The notes under the pieces were generated by a model. That model was given only the letters and a program-made list of their open reading frames with translations. It was not told the DNA's origin and made no database searches. Shown piece after piece: positions 52,519-64,000 of a stretch of 64,000 nt of DNA. Where the stretch lies: contig NC_043025.1 in the NCBI RefSeq assembly GCF_006345805.1, positions 2,728,001 through 2,792,000 of the forward strand, in the 5' to 3' direction. Origin of the DNA: Octopus sinensis (taxonomy: Eukaryota). Position 1 is the stretch's first letter. Each line of letters begins with the position of its first letter. Position numbers and translations under genes: made by a program.

Positions 52519-54334
52519 GCACACACACACACAAGCACACATACTTACAGACATACATACTCCCACAAACACATGCACAACAGCGTACACACGCAGGAAT
52601 ATACGCCGGCATATAAACACACATATGCACACAGACATACTTTCTAACTCCCTGTCTCACGTACATTCTCACTCACAACTACATAAGCATAGAACCCAAA
52701 AAGAAATTAAGATAGTCCTTAAAACGATCACGAATGGCAACAAAAAGTCGCGAGCAACCATAACTGGTTGATGGGTTAAACGAAAGATTAATCAAAGATT
52801 CATTTAGTTAATTCGTTAACAAATTATTAGCAAAGTGACAAATAATAAAGTGAAATAGAACTTGCATGTGTGTTTATTATTGGCATAATGACCCACCCGA
52901 GATACAAAAAAATTGTTCCAGCATTCTATCCTCAGAATAAGACTACTTGGTAACAAAGCCAAACACGCTATCTTCAGTCTGGTTTTTGTGCCCCTCCCCT
53001 CATATGGTCATGAATATCGGCTAACGACCGAAAGAGTCTGATCGCAAATAGACGCCGCCGAAATGGGATTTCTCCGAAAAAACTGGAGTAACTTTAATCG
53101 GCAGAGGGCGTACCATGGAGATGATGTAATTTCTCCAAATCGAGTCGGTACTTTTTCGCATTGAGCCGCTACAGCTCCGGTCATATATGCAGACGATTAG
53201 AATGTCAGACGGAAAATTCAAAAGATCAATTCTTTAAACGATACCAAGCCGCAGGAAAGGGAGGGGTAGACCAAGAAGAGATGGCCAGATAATATCTATA
53301 GTCTCAAATGGTCACGCTTGAGAATTCAACCTGAAAATGTATTAGCAGTTGCTTCTGGTAGGACCCTGTGCAAAAGGTACCTGAGGCACCAAATCTCCTC
53401 ATGACCCTCCCAGGAATAATTAGCAGAGAATATAGTAGATGGATAGGTGTGTACAGAGTGTCTGTACTAAATATTTTTAGGAGGGAAAACTTAGTGAATT
53501 GATGAAGAGTCAATGGCGTTGGAGAGCGTAAATATGAATTTTTAGCTGAGAAAAATCCCAAGAAGCAGGCAAAACATCCAGGAATAGAAAACGTCTGAAA
53601 GAGATGGCACACCTCATGAAGATCAAATAATGTAGTCAGTAGAGAGAGAGAGAGAGAGAGAAAATGACTGACGAAAGAAGGTGAGAAGAGCAACAGTGGT
53701 TTTTTTATTGGAAGAAGAGTAAACACGAATCGAGGCAGCAGAAAGGGTGGACATGTTTGTGCGTATGGGAAGTAAATTGTTGCAGTTGGTAGCAGCCAAT
53801 CAGCAGTGGCAGATGACAGGAGGAGGGGGAGAAGGAGAGAGAAGTGAGTGATTTAGAAATACAAACCGAAATAATGGGTGCAAGAGTGTATGTGTGAGGG
53901 CACGTGTGAGCATGGCTGTGTATATGTGAGTGTATGTGTGTGTATAACATTGTAACATAATTTAAATGACATTCCCGGGTTTTATAAGGGAGTTCCCACT
54001 GCAACAACACTTACCACTTTCGAATTTCATCCCTTTATTTGACTTGTTCCACAATTTTCACGTTTTTGTGAGGTCAGAATGCTAAAAGAAAAGGGCAACA
54101 GGTAGATTCCATGCTTTTCTCAGTTGAATTTGTGACATAATTTAAACATTTCCAAATGAACATAAAAATAGGTTTATAGCTTTTGTTAATAATTTGGTTT
54201 ATATAGCGAACATGTATTGATTCCAACTCTAATACATATACATTTCTTTACATCAGAAAGCAAATATTTCTTGTTGTTGCTATGCATTGCACTATTTGGT
54301 TCGTAAAATATCGATATTTACTTATATTCTGTAG

Positions 54335-54426
54335 ATTACTCGTTATTTCAACGGAATTTGCAGTGTCAAACATGTTCAAAGATGATATGCAATGATTTAG
54401 ATGTAACCAGGTGTCCAGGATCAATG
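54335..54426 (+). CDS. Host gene exon F: N-half of the LU/three-finger domain (N)YSLFQRNLQCQTCSKMICNDLDVTRCPGSM
   Basis: 92 nt, phase 1-0. Acceptor CTGTAG, donor GTAAAC. LxCxxC start typical of LU domains. Confidence 0.82.
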
Positions 54427-54764
54427 GTAAACAGAAATCTTACTTTCTTCCTGTCCATTAAAATATTCCGATAGCCGTCACTCGCAAGACAGTATGACTA
54501 GGTAGCTTGTAGTATGCTTTTGCTAATTGTTTTAGGTGCCTGTGTAGACATACAAACACCCTATCGGTCTTCTTATCCATGACTCAATGAGATAACAAGG
54601 ATGTGACGATTGAAGGGAGAAATGGATGACCATCACTAGGCTGGGACCCATTTTCAGTTGAATAGACTGGAACAAAATGAAATGAACTGCCTTGTTTAAG
54701 GGCACAACGTTTAACCCTTTCCAGGAAACGAACACACGAACTTATGAATAACCTTTCTCCGACA

Positions 54765-54875
54765 ATCATGGCTGTCCTTAGAGTAGGATGCATGAATGTA
54801 TGTGGCCAGAAGTCAGCTTGGGATCAAGATTCCTTGCAGAACGACCTCGGCTCGCTAGACTTAGATCGGATAGTC
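54765..54875 (+). mobile_element. AP-endonuclease N-terminal fragment of an L1/Tx1-type LINE
   Basis: MAVLRVGCMNVCG...LQNDLGSLDLD resembles the start of a LINE APE domain. Very short. Confidence 0.4.
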
Positions 54876-55785
54876 GGATTCAAGCGTGGCCCTACCACCT
54901 CACAGAGATTACAGGGAGCGGATTGAATCAGTTAAGAAGCAAATGACAGTTTTACTTCGTCTGGTGGCCATAGCAAAAGAAGCGGATTAAATCCTCCCTC
55001 ACAGCAAGTAGTAAAATAAGCGCACCTGGAAATTATGGGTGCGGCTCATATTATTTCAATGGAGTAGGTCCTCAAAACCACCGTCTTATTTTCAAGTTCT
55101 TTTAACCATCGTTTCAGTGCTATAAATTCCCACTCCACCAACTTTCCATTGTTCCAAGTTCTTTTTTAAAAAGCCCAAAAATACAGTTCTTAAAATATAA
55201 AATAATCAAGGAAAAAGAAGGAAGAGAAAAAAGTCTAAACAAAAAGGAAGGAGAGAAAATTAACAGTTCAATAGAAAGTTTTTCTTTAAATAAAAGATAG
55301 ATGAAGAGAGAGAGCAACAGTTCAAAACACAGCAAAGGCCACTCGGTACTCCAGGCCACAATTTTAACACAATTGTTAAAGAGTTAATTGCTGAAAAATC
55401 ATTCCAATTTTCTTCTCATGGGTACTCCTTGACAGGAACAATATTGGTGAAATCTTTTCTAAAAATTCTCACGGAGTTATTCCTGGACAAACGCTATTCC
55501 CAAACAAAATTTTGCGGCAGGATACGCCCACCAAAACAATAATTTTCACAGTTAAGTGAAAAAATATTCACTCAGCTACAGGTAGACTAGAATCCAGCGA
55601 GGACTTCTTGTTTGTAAAAAATAATTGCGGCAGACAACAGGCCCCCACTAGACCCCCCCAAAAGTCTTACCTTACAGCTGAGTTTCAAAAATCTTCAATT
55701 TAAGACGGCTTCAAAAACACGTCTTTACTGCTTCAGTATCAAACACAACTCTGATTCGCACGTGCTCACTGAGGTAAGCAAGCAA

Positions 55786-55929
55786 CTTACCACACAGCCA
55801 CTCCTACGCCTTACCACACAGCCACTCCTACGCCTTACCACACAGCCACTCCTACGCCTTACCACACAGCCACTCCTACGCCTTACCACACAGCCACTCC
55901 TACGCCTTACCACACAGCCACTCCTATAC
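55786..55929 (-). repeat. Six tandem copies of the 24-nt 5' end of a family A SINE
   Basis: (CTTACCACACAGCCACTCCTACGC)x6 is the reverse complement of the SINE head GCGTAGGAGTGGCTGTGTGGTAAG. Confidence 0.85.
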
Positions 55930-56126
55930 TGTTATCTTTCAACACTTTGACGACTTGGTTTCGTTTTAATTTGCTGCTTTGGGATAATTCTTAAGCAATG
56001 ATTAACCTTTCTTACATGGTAAACATCCCCAGTGTTCTTATTGCTGTTGATGTTGCTGTAGTTAGCAGTAGTCGTACTAGTAAATATTGTGTTTGTAGTA
56101 TATAATTTTCGTATCTCATATTACAG

Positions 56127-56310
56127 CCAGTATGCCGGTTCGCATTATCAACGAACGGTGTTACACTGAAGACTGAAAAGTCCTGCAGCACATACAGGAA
56201 ATGTGTTCAAGCTATGAGAGACAATACCGCTGCATGCGATAAATGGCCCAGTGGGACTACTTGTACTGGCTGTTGCTTCGGAAACTTATGTAACAAGAAT
56301 GATTTCGTTG
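56127..56310 (+). CDS. Host gene exon G: C-half of the LU/three-finger domain PVCRFALSTNGVTLKTEKSCSTYRKCVQAMRDNTAACDKWPSGTTCTGCCFGNLCNKNDFV(G)
   Basis: 184 nt, phase 0-1. Acceptor TTACAG, donor GTAAGT. Ends in the CCxxxLCN signature of LU domains. Confidence 0.88.
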
Positions 56311-58108
56311 GTAAGTGTTTTTCATTGTTTAATATAACACCACTTGGTTTATTGCAAATTGATAGTCAATAAGAATATTGTATAATAGTTGATACATGGG
56401 AAGATATTTTGATGTGTGTATACGTGTGTGCATGTGTGTATATATGTGCGTATACACATGCGGCCGTACATACACGCATACAGACTCACATACGCATATA
56501 TATGTACATATGTGTGCATGTATTGGTCCTTAAATCGTTTTAGGTCCATAATCCACGTGTGCACCTACATTAATGAAATATTTTGATGCCACGTTTTTCC
56601 TGAACCACAATGAAATGGAAGTCGGCTGGTATTTACATAAAGGGAACGTAGCTGCATGCATAGAAGGCAACACAATGCAAAAGAGAAAGAAACTGCACTG
56701 ATACACTTACCTCTGATGACAACATAGCAGAAATGATCAGAGAGACAATAACAACACGAAAACAAAACTACAAAACATGCTGAAGAAGAAATGGAGAGAA
56801 AACTTACTCCATAGCTTGATAGAGTCTAAATAAAAGCCAACAATGAGCGAAAAGCTTTGGACTAGAAACTGAAAGACTGATTCTTGCAGATCAAGACTAA
56901 CGTCTGACTACTAACGACTATAAAAGCAAAATAATGGAAACAGACCCTAAGACCAAATGCAGAATTTGAAGCTAAGATTTCGACGAGATACACTTTTAAT
57001 CACATAGATGTGTTAATGTCAATCACCACAACATCTCCCCATTTGAGACTGTCTTCCGCTAGAGGGGAATAATTTTTTCACACCACCTCTCCCTTTTAAA
57101 GATTTACTTCCCTCGGAAGCTAAAAAATTTTTTTCTTTTTGGGACCACCTCCAACAATTCTGTACGCTTTCTTTTCCTTGTGCGACGATTTCTTGTGAAG
57201 CTGGCACATCAAAGATATCGTAGAGAACTTCATTGCCTACTTCCTTCCTTGTATCTCTTTATTTTCAGCTGATTCTTGTGTCCTTTATGTTCCCATTTCA
57301 CATTGGTCACCACGTACTTCCTTTTACTGATCCGTTTGATTATTTCATCGTCTTCCCAACCTTCTTTTCCATTTATTTACATTCAAAATCTCGATCCATT
57401 TTCGGACAATAAACATAACTCCTCATAAGTGACTTCATCCTATAAATTCCTGCATGTCCAGTGTGGAATTCCTTCCTATAACATTCGATTTTTCAGTGAG
57501 GCAGGCGTCGCGATGTTCTGTGCACACGTCAGCACATTATCCTATATCAAGTACAAGTTCCAAACTGCGTTACGTCCAGCGACACGTATTTTTTTTGTTT
57601 CTTCTCATCTCACGACTTATTCATTTTCAGGATGAATTCGTCCGTCTCAGCCTTAATTTCTATTTCCCCCGATCTGACAGGCAATTCGCGCACAATGTTG
57701 TACAATATAATATATATTTCATTTTTGGATGTTTAGCGCCGCTATCACTGTGTCTTGTAGAGGTTCATTGTATTTTGATACTGACCTCGACAAAACATTT
57801 AAAAATCGGTGCTACAGGAATATAACATAACATGAGTGGCGTAATGTATTCTACTATAAGGTTTTCTAGAAGAAGTTCAGGGAAAAATATAACATTGGTG
57901 TCACTTAGGATTAAATTGTTTAGGATACAATTTCCGGTGTTGTAAGAAAAAAACATTTGGTATTTTCATATATTAGGTATATAATAAAAATATGTGGGGT
58001 TTTTTAAGTGTATATCTGATTACGTCAAATGTATTTTTATCTATGTATGAATGTTTTATGTCTGTCTCGTTTATAAACACAGTGATAATATTCTATATCT
58101 TTCCATAG

Positions 58109-58191
58109 GCTGGACCAAATCCTTTGTATTCCATTTGACCTTTAAAAAGTTCAACGACTATAAAATCCCTACTGTGAACATATCAAGAGCT
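58109..58191 (+). CDS. Host gene exon H: (G)WTKSFVFHLTFKKFNDYKIPTVNISRA
   Basis: 83 nt, phase 1-0. Acceptor TTTCCATAG, donor GTGAGT. In frame with exon G and includes an NIS sequon. Confidence 0.72.
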
Positions 58192-58251
58192 GTGAGTAGA
58201 TATCTGTTCTCTTTCTCTTGCTTTCCGCACAGTCAAACATACACGTACATG

Positions 58252-58283
<32 letters not shown>

Positions 58284-58480
58284 CACACACACGCACCCCC
58301 CACACACATATACGCACCCCACCCATATTTATAGAAGATATGCAAAACATCAAATATATAATGAGTTCAATACCTTTTAGTAGATAGTAATATTGATTTT
58401 GTTAAATGATAACTATTTTAAAGTTTCCCTTTATCAGTTTAAACACATAAATGGATACATATATAGATAACTGTTAACTA

Positions 58481-58533
<53 letters not shown>

Positions 58534-58746
58534 ATATATTGATATATATATATATATTGATATATTGATATATATATATATATATATGTAAACATTTTCA
58601 AAATGAGATAAAAATCCAATGTTGGACTCCTCATTAGCATAATCACCGAACCTGGAGCTTAACTATAGTTTGTCCATAGCACTTACTCAGCATTACCTGA
58701 AACCTTCGGGTTTTATTGACACCATTACCACTCATTACCCCTCTCT

Positions 58747-58799
<53 letters not shown>

Positions 58800-59850
58800 G
58801 TGTGTTAGTGTTAACTGCCTATGTAAATGTATACGTATATATATTCATATATATTTATATGCGTATGAACTAATTATTTACATTCTATATATTCTTCGGC
58901 GAACTGGACGAGTCGTTAGGACGCCAGCCATGATGCTTCGCGGTATTTCGTCCGTCTTTCCGTTTTGAATTCAAGTCCTAGCGCGGCCGATTCTGCCCTT
59001 TATTCTTTCAGAGTCGATAAAGTGAGTACCAGTTAAACAACGCAGTCGATTTAATCGCTTCAAGTACTCATGGGTAAGATTATTACAAAATGTACCCCTC
59101 TGCCAAGCTATGTTGAGCCAGTATTGTTACGTAGGCATCAAGCCAGAATGTTCTAAATTTCAAATTCACGGCCTCCACAACAGACCGTAGTTAGTAGAGA
59201 ATATGCTAAGACCTTCGTTCTGCAGGGGACTGAACATCGGCAATCTAATGCAATCCATATGTTCATAATTTGTATGCATGTAAGTATATATAGACTTTTA
59301 TACAGACATATAAATATACTGAGACATGAACATGCAGTAGACCGTAGTAAAATAATGCGAATTAATTGTATTTGGGTTTCATGAAATTCAGACAATCAAC
59401 TCCATTTACTGATAGTAAACTATTACATACTAAAATTTTTTAACTCACTGATTTTTGCTGGTCAATAAAAAGACTGTTCTATCCACTATTTTGTCTTTAA
59501 AAGAAGTTCACACAATGAGCGACATCATTTATATATTCCGTGATATAATTTCCGATTCTGGCTGACAGTAAAATCCAACTCCATTATTGGCTGGTCTTGT
59601 ATTCGCACAAACACTCACGCGCGCGCACAAACACGTACGTACACACACACTCACACGCACACACTCACATATATATGTAGTTATGTAATCACACACGTGT
59701 TGTTGGTTATATTTTTCTTTCTAATTTTCCATTTTCTTTACTGATGAAGAACCATGCTCGAAACGTTAAAAACTCTCTTTCCGCCCTTCACCTTTAACAG
59801 GTGTCAATCTAATGCATTCCATGTGCATGTCCTCTTTTTGTTTTGTTTTG

Positions 59851-59891
<41 letters not shown>

Positions 59892-59972
59892 AAACTTTAG
59901 CCACCTTCAAAGACAGTAACAGTATATCCAAAGTTATCGAGATTTCTATTTGCAAGTCAATATTTATATGTG

Positions 59973-60235
59973 GAGGCGAAATGGCCCAGTGGTTAGGGCA
60001 GCGAACTCGCGGTCGTATGATCGCGGTTTCGATTCCCATACCGAGCGTTGTGAGTGTTTATTGAGCGAAAACACCTTAAAGCTCCACGAGGCTCCGGTAT
60101 TCTTTCTCTCACTCTCTCTTTTATTGGCCTGCTCGCTTAGCCAGCGGGGTGGCGTCATTCGAAGGCTAAAACAATGCGAACGCATTGTGACCAGTGATGT
60201 GTAACAACATCTGATGGTCTGGTCGGTCACGTGAT

Positions 60236-60242
<7 letters not shown>
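59973..60242 (+). mobile_element. tRNA-derived SINE (family C)
   Basis: A-box TGGCCCAGTGG and B-box GGTTTCGATTCCC, followed by a non-tRNA body and a (TA)n tail. Confidence 0.75.
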
Positions 60243-60295
<53 letters not shown>

Positions 60296-60570
60296 ATATA
60301 TATATACATACATACATGTGTGTGTGTATGGATATGTGTGTACGTATGAGTACATACATATACATATATGTTTGTGTGTGCATGTGCATGTACATATGCA
60401 TGTTTGTGTGAGTGTGTACGTATGTAGACGCTATGAATGCAATAGGTTTTATGTCTATGTGTTTTGAGAATATGGTTAAATGTATTTTTTATCATTTTTC
60501 AGTTCTCTTTTTTTCTACCTATTAGAGTAATTACCCTTTTATTCAACGGTTTTCATAGCATCTATTTCCA

Positions 60571-60636
60571 TTAATAACCGACGAGAATGCATCGTAGCTC
60601 TTCGCTCCGGCATTCGAAACTCTGAGTACTATAACG
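60571..60636 (+). ncRNA. Degenerate hammerhead-like motif
   Basis: CCGACGA-GAAUGC...GCAUUC-GAAAC-UCUGA-GUA. Stem II is perfect, but the core has U4 changed to C and stem I is poor. Confidence 0.35.
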
Positions 60637-60769
60637 ACAACATACTATTTGTTATAAATTTTACATATATAAATAAACCTCCATTTACCTAGTATCGAGG
60701 TCTCATTATTTTGTTGTCACATTATTATTGTTTTAAACAAAATATGGTCCACTGTCATCTGCTGAACCG

Positions 60770-61003
60770 GGGTCATCCCTTGACCCTAGGGTCACAGCAG
60801 GTCCTCATCTCATAGAGAGTACACGGCGTAAAATGTGTCCCGAACCTAGCAACACTATTTCCTGAAGTTCTCCCACATTAACACTGCAACGGAGTTTGTT
60901 GAGCTGCTTATCAAGCCCTTTTAAATTAGCCCCAACGCTCCAATCACTACTGGTACTGCACATCTCGGTCACTTCCATTTCTAGGTTTTTGTACTTAAAT
61001 AAC

Positions 61004-61005
<2 letters not shown>
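60770..61005 (-). mobile_element. 3' end of an R4/Dong-like LINE next to (ATT)n
   Basis: KYKNLEMEV...ELQEIVLLGSGHILRRVLS is the C-terminus of an RLE-clade LINE. Confidence 0.65.
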
Positions 61006-61073
<68 letters not shown>

Positions 61074-61089
61074 CATTATTATTATTATT

Positions 61090-61552
61090 GATTGAGAGAG
61101 CAGTGAATGCCATCAAAGTGACACTGGGGTAAAATATACGAAGCCCAGTATACCCATCATGACTACCCTTCTGATAAGGGTACACCAGGCACATGCATCA
61201 CAACCATCCCACTCAAAAGGTCCCTGATTAAGGGTTGTTTAAGGATGTTGAATGAAACACCTATGTTTCCAGAGGTGAATTATTCAAACCCCAAAGAATC
61301 CCTCTCAACACATGGCTATGATGCTCCCCCACTACTTCTGCTCATGATCAGAGATGCACATATTGTCATCCACTAAGGGACATGCTCAACTGGTTAAGGT
61401 CAAACAACTGACAAGCAAATCTGTGGTATTGAGCAGAATATTTGCCGTAGCCCATCTTTTATACCAAGACAAAACAATGTACACGATAACACCTCCAATC
61501 GGTTCAGATCAGAAGCCATGAGAGCCACTGCCTGGTACTGTATCAGGGCATT
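61090..61552. mobile_element. Second copy of the 49706-50262 dispersed repeat, internally deleted
   Basis: Direct sequence similarity at both ends. Confidence 0.7.
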
Positions 61553-61570
61553 TATTGTTATTATTATTAT

Positions 61571-61623
<53 letters not shown>

Positions 61624-61675
61624 CTAGTAGTAGTATTATATCATTCATATTCCTATATATATCTGGCTTTTTCAG

Positions 61676-61728
61676 ATGCAGCAAGAGTTATTACACGTGA
61701 CGGCAATATTCAGAGTTGAATATTGTGG
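61676..61728 (+). CDS. Host gene exon I (probable): MQQELLHVTAIFRVEYC(G)
   Basis: 53 nt, phase 0-2. Acceptor TTTTTCAG, donor GTGAGC. In frame with exon H; an alternative donor GTGGGT lies 4 nt upstream. Confidence 0.6.
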
Positions 61729-62293
61729 GTGAGCAAGACCTTCTACCATATTTCTTCCAATTTTGTTTTTACACATTCCATTTCATCGTATGTATTGAAC
61801 TGATACATTCAATGAAATGCTTACGTTTTATCAGTGTTTTATTAGATACGGGGCTAACAAACTCATTTAAAGTTACAGGAAGAGCTATATATATTGACGT
61901 GTGTATATACACATATACATTGTTGGCATCCTTTTTGTCTCGGGAGACAATGGAGTTGGGCATAAAGTAGTCTAGTCCGGCTTTTACATTTCATGTCCTG
62001 ATACATTTCCTGCTGTGGTTGTGTAGTCCTATCCTGGACAAACACTTCCTCTGGCAGGTGCCGCAAATGTAGCGGAGACTGTTCCTGGCTGGTTGTAATG
62101 CCATAGTTTCTTGCTGATAGTGATATTGCTGCTGCTACTACAACTGCTGCTGCTGAGGATGATGATAAATATTAGTGGTTGAAAATAAACATATAAAATA
62201 AACGTAGGCAAAAGAATGAAAAATCTAATAATAATTTAACACATATACATACATATATGTAATACATACAGTGAAAATTTAAACACATAAGAG

Positions 62294-62412
62294 GTATCAG
62301 TCATACGATTCCTTGCATGCTAGAAGAAACAGCTAAAATCCAAACCACTATTAGGGATTGGTTTGGATTTTAGCTATTCTTTATAGCGTGCAAGGAATCC
62401 TGTGACGGATAC
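62294..62412. repeat. ~120-nt near-perfect hairpin (small MITE or foldback)
   Basis: GATTCCTTGCATGCTA..AGCTAAAATCCAAACCA is mirrored by TGGTTTGGATTTTAGCT..TAGCGTGCAAGGAATC. Confidence 0.8.
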
Positions 62413-62534
62413 ATTTTATGTGTTTAAATGTACACTGTATTTATATGAATAATATATAGTCTATTGACAACTTTTTTTACACGCGAGGCCACTGGTACTA
62501 AAAAATTTCTAAAAGTTTTATTACCCTGATATTA

Positions 62535-62596
<62 letters not shown>

Positions 62597-64000
62597 TTAC
62601 ATATATATATATATACACACAATATATATATATATATAATATATATATGTAATATAAATTAGAGAAAAAAGCACTATTACGCAATTCAAACAATGATAGA
62701 CATAAACTAAATCATAAATAATAAATATAATATATATCTAAAACATAACTTGATCACAAAAAGTATAAAAATGAGTAATCAATATATAATAAGTAAAATA
62801 ACTACGTGCGTTTCATGGCTATAATTAAATTCGAATTACAATTCAATTTAAATTCAATCGAAAACCAATTCAACTTACAAATATAGTCACTTTTCAGATT
62901 AATAATAATAGTTAAATAAATAAGCAAATAGAGTTAGGCAATATCTATTAAAAAATAAAATGATTTTTCTTATAGAAGAAACTCCATTAACTAAATTTGA
63001 AACTTAAAACATTAGGATCAGTTGCCTACAATACATCTATTATGTTAAATATTTAAGGTAAAAAATAAAATAGATAGAAAAATGTATTTATCTGTGAAGA
63101 TATAATTTAGCTTAATAAAAACATTAATATACTATAGAATATCTTTAACCTAGTTATACTCTAATATTTAATTACCATACTATTTTACAAAACAATCACT
63201 CTTGATACTTTTAGATTTATTTCGCATATAATAATAATACAATAATAAATATATAAAATAAGTATCTAAATTATAATCAACAAATATAATAATTAAAAAT
63301 CTATATTTTTCTATCAATAAACATATAAACAATAAATAAGTTAGTCCAGTATTACTTACATAAAAATTATAGATTTCTTTCGAAAATATTTATGAAAAAA
63401 AAAGAATTGAAAAATTCCAAAGTAAAAACGTATAACTTATCTTTATAAAATACTTATTATTACTATTATTATTACATGTCATAGTACTAGAATATAATAA
63501 GACTAGGAATATAATTAGAATCTTATAGTTAAATTAAAACATTTTTACAATCTAGATCCCAAAGTGACTAACTAATATTTTAAAATTTACGTTCAGATGT
63601 AATAATTATAAATTAATAATAATTAAATAAATGTACATATCTAAATTATCATTAACATGTGTGTTTGTATGTTTGTGGACGCGCCTGTGTATGTGCGCGC
63701 GCGCGTCTGTATGGTCTCTATGTATGTATTGATTTCATTGACTGCTAACAGTCAAATGTGCCTGCGTTTTGGCGTCGTTGTGTAATTGGCATTATTGACA
63801 CCTGTAATTAACAAATATATAATAAGAGCCATACTAAAGTAAAGAAATTATGCTTTTCACGCATCACTGTTGATATATTGGAATCCATTTTCGATAAATA
63901 GAAGTTTGTCTGGTCAGTCGATGGTCAGTTTTATTCAAAAGGTGTAATTTAGATTTCTGGTATTAGGATGTAATTATCTTTAAAACCAATTAGATTGCCA

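Noticed and set aside
59733-59775. Hammerhead at CTGATGA...CTCGAAACGTT
   Set aside because: Core words are present but stem II has a mismatch and stem I does not pair next to the core. Treated as a dead Penelope-type end motif at best.
59973-60050. tRNA gene
   Set aside because: A and B boxes are present but the sequence continues into a SINE body and no clean cloverleaf could be folded.
63700-64000. Next host-gene exon after 61728
   Set aside because: No AG-flanked phase-2 open segment with a convincing donor was found; the gene probably continues beyond the window.

Overview
A eukaryotic, AT-rich and very repeat-dense window. It is most likely from a coleoid cephalopod (Octopus-like); this is inferred from the tRNA-derived SINE heads, LINE remnants and (TA)n/(TATG)n/(ATT)n load, not from a database search. 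Almost all supplied ORFs are artefacts of microsatellites and satellites. One real spliced host gene lies on the + strand. Nine GT-AG exons between 24279 and 61728 join in frame into four leucine-rich repeats, an LRR C-terminal cap, a 10-cysteine Ly6/uPAR (three-finger, LU) domain and a further extracellular segment. Both ends of the gene are missing from the window. The rest is decayed LINEs (CR1-like, RTE, L1/Tx1, R4/Dong-like), SINEs, Tc1/mariner/pogo remnants, MITEs, Helitron-like elements, a 100-N gap and a ~13.7 kb 14-bp intronic satellite. The most unusual signals are: (1) a ~582-bp tandem array (4.5 copies, 9375-11983) in which each full unit carries a type I hammerhead-ribozyme fold on the minus strand, as in retrozymes and Penelope-like repeats; (2) a separate minimal hammerhead with a compensatory U3-A8 core inside an inverted/direct-repeat insertion at 41.2-41.7 kb; and (3) the LRR plus three-finger domain architecture of the host gene. 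All folds and splices were worked out by hand and need computational or experimental confirmation.
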